DNA of 64,000 nt from Klebsormidium nitens (lineage: Eukaryota > Plantae > Klebsormidiophyceae): positions 124,001 through 188,000 of the forward strand of contig DF236966.1 of NCBI GenBank assembly GCA_000708835.1. Reading direction: 5' to 3'. A program made the translations under genes and the position numbers. This document shows, piece by piece, positions 58,001 to 64,000 of the stretch; within the stretch, counting starts at the first letter, position 1, and each line of letters starts with the position of its first letter. The notes beneath the pieces were generated by a model. That model was not told the DNA's origin, did no database searches, and saw only the letters and a list, made by a program, of their open reading frames with translations.

Positions 58001-61000
58001 GCGCCAGCCGTAGAGCGCGCGCGAGAGGGAGAAGTCGCGCTGCCATGCGCGGACGATGACCTGCGGTAGAAGCCAAGCTGAGATCAGGACTGCAAGCTTC
58101 TTACACGCATAAGTGGCACCATTAGAAGGTCTCTATTTCTGGATCAGGCTCTGCTTCCTTTTTCTGCAACAAGAATGGATGAAGATGGTGTGAAACCTCT
58201 GCTTTAACCGTGGCCTCCAGCTGTCGGATTGTGAGCTTCCAAAACCAGTCGCTCGGTATATCCACTGGTGCTTCCTCAACCGTCAACCATTGTAGTCCGT
58301 TCCGAACGAAAAACGTCCAGACTTCTGGGAGTGTGAAAGACGGATTCCGGGCAGCGAAAGCGGCACCCGAGAACCAAGAGCAGGTGCGGGCCAGCCGCGT
58401 TACAGATCAACCCCTAATTCCAGCATAACCTTCTTCGCATACCCTGCATCGCTGAGACTCTTGTGGTGACAGGCACTCACCATCTTCTTTTCCTCCAGCA
58501 TCTCCTCCGTTGCTTCTCGCTCCAGAACCGCCGCCCCAGCAGCTGACCGCCACTTTGTGAAGGCTGCCCTCTGCAATGAGCTTTGCAGGCTTAGTACTTC
58601 GGCTGTAACGAAGCTCAGAACGGTACTGCTTTTTCACTGTGAAGTTTGGAGAGTCGCCAAGGGTCGAAGGATGCCGCCCATTCTTGGGGCGTCAGCAAGA
58701 AGGACGAGCATGTGTTGAGCGCCTCCTGCTAAAGCCCTCACGATAGTCATGGCATCACAGAACACAGAAAGTGTCCCAGCAGAGCAAATGGGTGCTGCAC
58801 TTGCAAGGAAACCTAGTTTATGTAGACCCGAGTGCGCAATCAAAGAGCATGAGTAGGAATCGGATATGCGTGTACAAAGTAACCTTGAATTGGCCCTCCT
58901 GGCTGCCGACTCAACGCTGAACTGTTGCCAGTCAAAACGTGGAGTGCAGAGTGAACTTTTCACGTGACAAGATAGCCGGTTGGAGGCACGCTGCCTGACA
59001 AGCCGCTCTACATGTCAACTTTCTAAGGGTTGCAAAACCCCGGAAAATGAGCATGGGTCCCGAGGGTATCGTACCTTCATGTGCCGGACCCAGTGCCTCC
59101 CCGCGATGATGCTGTGCTGCTCCTGGCTGCGCTTGTGCTGTACATCTGGCACGGAAGAATGATGACGTGAGTCGATTCATTCATGTTTTTCTTACTTTTG
59201 TTTATGTATAATCGGATAGACATCTGGCACGGGAAGCGATGACACGAGGTGAGGTTCGCTGGAGGTTACACGGTCACGCACTAGATATTCTAAAATGCGC
59301 GTCTGAACCGAAGAGAAAACTAACAAGGATACTTCAATAGTATTGCAACAAGCATGCAATGTATGTCGAGGCTCTAGAAATGTCCGCACATCGTCGAAAC
59401 CCCCGCGCGCCTTGTCGACATTCTCAAGGAAGCGGATTCGCCGAGTCCTCGGTGGAAAGTCTATTGAATACGACTTGTTCGATGGCTCGGATGAAACTTG
59501 GCTGTTTTACGTGCGCTCTAACGTCTCAAGCACTCTAGATCTGGGCTTTGATGTCTCAGCAGTACAGTGGAATCAGCAACTGGAGCGTGTTATCAAATCC
59601 TGAAGACAAGGAGCCGCAATAGAGTTGAAATTAGAAAAGACTAGTGTGGTGCGTCTCCTCACGGAGTTTCAGCGCGAGGACCGCCTTGTATTGGAGCTGG
59701 AAGTCGGCGAACTCCCGTGCGCAAGCGGTGTTGTCCTTGAGGACTTGCTTCCGTTGGTGGTACTTCAACCAGGACCGTACAACGAGCGTCTGCCAAAAGG
59801 AAACCGTAACCGTTGAAAGGGAGGCTTTGACGGACACAAACGCCGTCGGAAGAACGAGTGTCGTCCATATAGGAACGAAACCGTTGACAACACGCTTCAG
59901 ATAAAAAGATGGTTTGAACACGGCTAAGATGCCACCCTGTTGTTGTTCTCAAGTGCGTCTTTGGAGTTGGAATGAACGATAAGTAGGTGCTTGCTTCAAA
60001 TTCAGGTTCTGTGGGGTCAGTTCTTGAACGTCAGAGAGGCGCCTGCACAATGGAACTCGCAGACCCCCTTTATCAGCGTACGTCCTTCGTCCAAAAGTTG
60101 CTCGTCCGTATCTTCGAATTCCAGACCCAAAACTCGCTGATGAGTGCCTAAAAATCGACACTTTACAGTGTAATCAAGAATTTTTACCAAGCTCAGATTG
60201 CCAAGGAAAGTCTAGAACTCAAAACCAGCTTAAAGGAAGCTTTTCACACCACCCAGCCCCCCGTACCTTGATCCGGAGCAGGTTCGCCGCCTCCGCCATG
60301 TCAAGCGCCACGACCTTCCTCCTTCGCCCCTCCACATAATACCGCCAAGCAGCGTATCCCCGGCGCGCCAGCTGTCGCTCCGCATGCTCGGCAGCACTCC
60401 CCATTGCACACTCTTTCTCCACCCTCCGTTCTTTCCGCTGCGCCACAAACAAGGCCCACCACCGGATGACCGTCCGCACTATATACATGTACTGGAACGC
60501 ATAGGCCCTGTCCAGCTTGGCGTCGTCCGCCCGCTTCTGCACCAGCGCCGCCCGCCACTGCATCAGAACCTCCGCTTTCTGCCCCTTAACCCGCTTTTCG
60601 GCTAACCGCTGGCTGATTCCCCGGTACTTTTTCTGGGTTTTGATAACCTGACGCCAAGCGTTTAAGACACTTCGTTTTCTCCAGGCCGCCCATCGCTGGA
60701 GTGCCTCAACTCGCTGCGCGAGTTTCTGTTGCCCAGCTTCAGAGGCGGTGCGCCAGCTGGCGAGAAAGCGAGAGAGCGTCGCGCGGCGCCAGTGGGACAG
60801 AGCGATCGCGGTGGCTTGGCGCTTGACGAGGGAGGCGGTGCGGTGGGCCTTGAGAGCGGTAAACGCGGTGCTGTACAGCCGGCGCGCATCTGCGGAGAAA
60901 ACAGCGGTATATGTTGAATTCTTCAGTACCATCGAGAAGGTCAAAGAAAGGTCAATCATACTCAAATAGCCTAAGGATGGGAATCTTGACATATTATGGA

Positions 61001-62161
61001 CGAAGGCTTTCGAAACAGTCTGCAGAGCATGGAAGAGGCCTCTAGCCCACTTGTGATCATGCCCATTCGCAGCTCAGGGCCACTCTCGGGTTGATGTGGT
61101 CATAACAAAAGCCAGGAGAACTGCAATGCAGATCAGGCCTGGCAGTCACGAAAATCTTCAATCTGTTGAGACTCTGGATGCTTGCGCCGAGTTCCTCCCG
61201 ATCCACTCGCACATGCGACTCAGGTACAACAGCAACTTTGGGAATCACGACCAAATGTCCACTTCAGTCGATTGCAACCAAACGTGTCCTCTCTAAATAC
61301 TTGGCACGCCACAGCTTCCCATTGCTCGAAGCACCTTCCGCAATTTTTGCAGCTTGTCCTCCAAAACCGTCAACATCGCTGCACTGCAACGCCACTGCAA
61401 GCCACTCACCCATCCAGAGCAGCCGGGCCGCCGCCTTCTGGTACTGCTTCTGCGTCTGCACATGCGCAACCCACCGAGCCCACACCTGACGTTCCAGTGT
61501 CAAGCGGCGCCGCGCCACAGCTCTGGCTTGCAGGGTCCATTTCAGGCGCCGCGTTGACACCGCCTCCCGCCAGGCGACCCAGCACTGATGCTTTCGGCGG
61601 TCCAGAACACGGCGTCGGAACTCCAGGGCCAGAAGGGCCTGCAATAAACCGAAATCCCAGTTTCACTTGACCTGTCCTACTTACATTCTCCAAAACCCAC
61701 TCCGTGCTCTCTTTTGCTCCATTCTTTGCTTTGATAAGTCACAAGCTCTCCGGCGATGAAGAGTTGAGCTTTCAAGTCGACACTACTAGGATGCAAAGTA
61801 ACGAACCAGATGTTGATGTTGGAGCTTGTATGTTCAATGAAACTTCTTCAATCCCTGGTTGCAAAATGAAAAGTTTGCCTGCCTGCTTAGAAATTGGAAG
61901 CTTTAGAACGTATGGGGATTGTCAAAAGCAATTTACATCAAGGAATTTGTCGGTGCCAATCAAACAGTCTGCAGTTACATCAAGGACCGGTAGACTTTGG
62001 ATGCGGACTCAAGCTAGAGGACTCAAGCTGAATAGGGCTAGACACAGACCTCCTCATGAACAGTACTAGGAGTGGGCCACTTGTGCCTCACCTTTTGTGC
62101 GAAGTACCGCCACTGATCTACGACGATCTTTGCTAGCCGCTTTCTATGGCGCCGCACCGCC
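55081..62161 (-). CDS. SFI1: SFI1-like centrin-binding repeat protein; 5' exons unresolved (probably to ~63.0 kb)
   Basis: Exons 62161-62092, 61638-61410, 60889-60267, 59789-59663, 59145-59075, 58060-57203, 56805-55081. Recurrent R..F..W / L..W..W helical repeats (FLASWR, LNAWRQ, LMQWR, VIRWWALF, GYAAWRYY, LRAWKER, FAAWIE, LAVWRAW, VAAWREF), then a low-complexity tail and a terminal coiled coil. Confidence 0.75.
59220..59246 (-). repeat. Single echo of the 59145 acceptor of the SFI1-like gene
   Basis: + strand acatctggcacgg.aag..tgatgac at 59142-59167 recurs at 59220-59246. On minus, ttcc(c)gtgccag|ATGT, 78 bp apart. Confidence 0.7.
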
Positions 62162-63626
62162 CTGAAAGAGGCACGTTACATCAGCGAAGATCAGCAAATG
62201 TGTCCTTTCCTGAGAAATCAGTTTGTAAGAAAGGAAACGATGCGTATAGCTGTCACCTCTCACAATATCTTTGGCGACCATCGTTCATGACCTGGTAGTG
62301 GCAGGCCATCGGTTTACGGAGTGCCTCCCAAATGCAACCGCTGCAATTGGTCGAGCGTCCTTGGAACAAGAGGTGTTGAGCTTGGGGCCTATGACTTGAT
62401 GCCGCATTGCACGACGTCAGATTGTCGAGGCACTCAGGAGTAGGAGAAAATCAGGCTGCCAGTTCATTGAGCACCCCACCTTTTCTCCTCCTCAATCAGC
62501 CGTAAGGCCGTTGGACCCAATGCCACTGGTTGGGACTTTGGCCCTGTCTTGACCGGCACTGCAAGAATGCCCTGAGGCTCCTTTGGCAGCTGTAGATTGC
62601 CCTTGAGTGGACCGCTCTTGACACGAGTGGGTGCTTTTGTGACAACCACTTGTGCCCTCTGCTTGGAGCCATGTGTTGAGCTGGCAATCTGCCAGTCGCA
62701 CCAACTTGCCAGCGTCAGATATCACTTCCTGATTTTCAAAAAGCTTAGCAAGTTCAAGAAGTATCAATCCCTGCAATTACAAGGTCTTACAGAATCATTC
62801 AGCATTTTACCCAGACAATTGATTGGGTGAAGATTGTCTGCAGAAGCTCAGCACTAGGCTGAAAGGAGGAATCAGCCGATTTGCAAAACAAACAAACGCA
62901 ACATGCTGCAACTGATATTGTGCAACGAGACATACCGGCGCGACGTCGCCTCCGTGAATCGTCATCTGCGATTCTTCATTGTGCAATTGCCTCCGCCGAT
63001 CATCCCCACTTCCGTGCCACCGCAACTTAACACAGCACTCTCAAGCTAGGTTTTTTCACCAGTGCGCCTAATCCTATGTAGTATGCACTTTCAGCGGCTC
63101 ATGCCAGTGGGCTGTCCAGCGAAGCCCCGCATGGACGCCACCATTTTGACGGTCGAAGTCTTCCAGTAAACCACATAGTGTCGTATGAACAGAAAACTCT
63201 TCCCAATCCCATGCATGCACCCTTCTACTACTAGCTGCTCAGTGCTGAGAGCGTCGTTTGAAAGCTCGAGGTAACCGTCGCCACCGGACGCCCAGGATGC
63301 AATCCGATCCTACCGTACGGTTCAAAACTCATCGTTCCAGTCGCGAGACCTGGTTACCCGGATAGTTAACGAGCTCTTAACCAGATAGGTTAATGCGAGC
63401 GTGCAAGAGTAGAATTCTGAAGGGGTCTCTATATACTTAGAGTATACTATCTCTTTATACTTGGAGTCTTACGAAGAGCTTTGGTTGAGCCTGAGGCGCA
63501 AGCTTGCTTTAATGTGGCTTTAATAGGCTCGTAGAGGAGTTCGTTGTGATGATGTGCGTCTTCATGTAGGCATGGGGTTTGGTCCTTGAACTCAGCGACC
63601 GCTGCTCAAGAAACTGTGGGCCAGCG

Positions 63627-63820
63627 ATGCGGCGCCCCATTCTGTTGAGAAAGATGGGGCTCCACTTGGATCGCTGGAGGAACGCCTATCCCTTTGTGGT
63701 TGTGCTCTGCGTTTTCCTTTTGACTTTGAGTTTCCTGATAGCTGTGAAGGGCCAGGAAGCAAGTCCGGATGTGGATGATGGGTTGCCAAGAGAAGAGGCT
63801 TTGGCGTTGGCTGTGACAAG
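63627..63820 (+). CDS. First exon of a signal-peptide or type II membrane protein (partial)
   Basis: MRRPILLRKMGLHLDRWRNAYPFVVVLCVFLLTLSFLIAVKGQEASPDVDDGLPREEALALAVT, followed by the donor AG|gtaatc at 63821. The rest lies outside the window. Confidence 0.55.
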
Positions 63821-64000
63821 GTAATCCTGACTTGTCTGCAGCATGGCCCGCTCAAGATAATTGTGCTTATCTTGAGTTCCACATTGTGAATATGTGAGTT
63901 CAAGAGCCTGCAAGACAAGTTTCTGGTCAACTCTCTAATGAAGTACGATGCGTGAGTCCGTCTTCGTTAGTCGAGAAGCTTGGCGGACATGCTGAAATGA

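Overview
Intron-rich eukaryotic nuclear DNA. It combines plant-type genes (P5-type PDI, PHD-GNAT) with basal-body and flagellate-type genes (SFI1-like, KIF3-like kinesin), which suggests a streptophyte green alga such as Klebsormidium (inference, not verified). I reconstructed about 12 genes by hand from GT/GC-AG junctions, and they alternate strand almost perfectly: WD40 (probably F-box) protein (+), PDI (-), class I aldolase (+), an intronless giant-virus-type ankyrin-like repeat protein (-), a small CxxC Rdx/SelW-like protein (+), a PHD-GNAT protein (-), a kinesin (+), a possibly frameshifted membrane protein (-), an NFKBIL1-like ankyrin protein (-), a very large Glu-rich protein ending in a GAR/GAS2-like motif (+), an SFI1-like protein (-), and the start of a membrane or secreted protein (+). 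The most striking unexplained structure is a set of 'exon-edge echoes'. These are tandem degenerate copies of an exon's own splice site plus adjacent exon sequence, stacked in the neighbouring intron with periods of mostly about 110-160 bp. They occur at six exon edges in four unrelated genes, with up to six copies per edge. There is also a degenerate tRNA-like A/B-box element at about 39.9 kb and a GTAC-dense divergent promoter at about 28.7-29.1 kb. All exon models are manual and lack RNA support.
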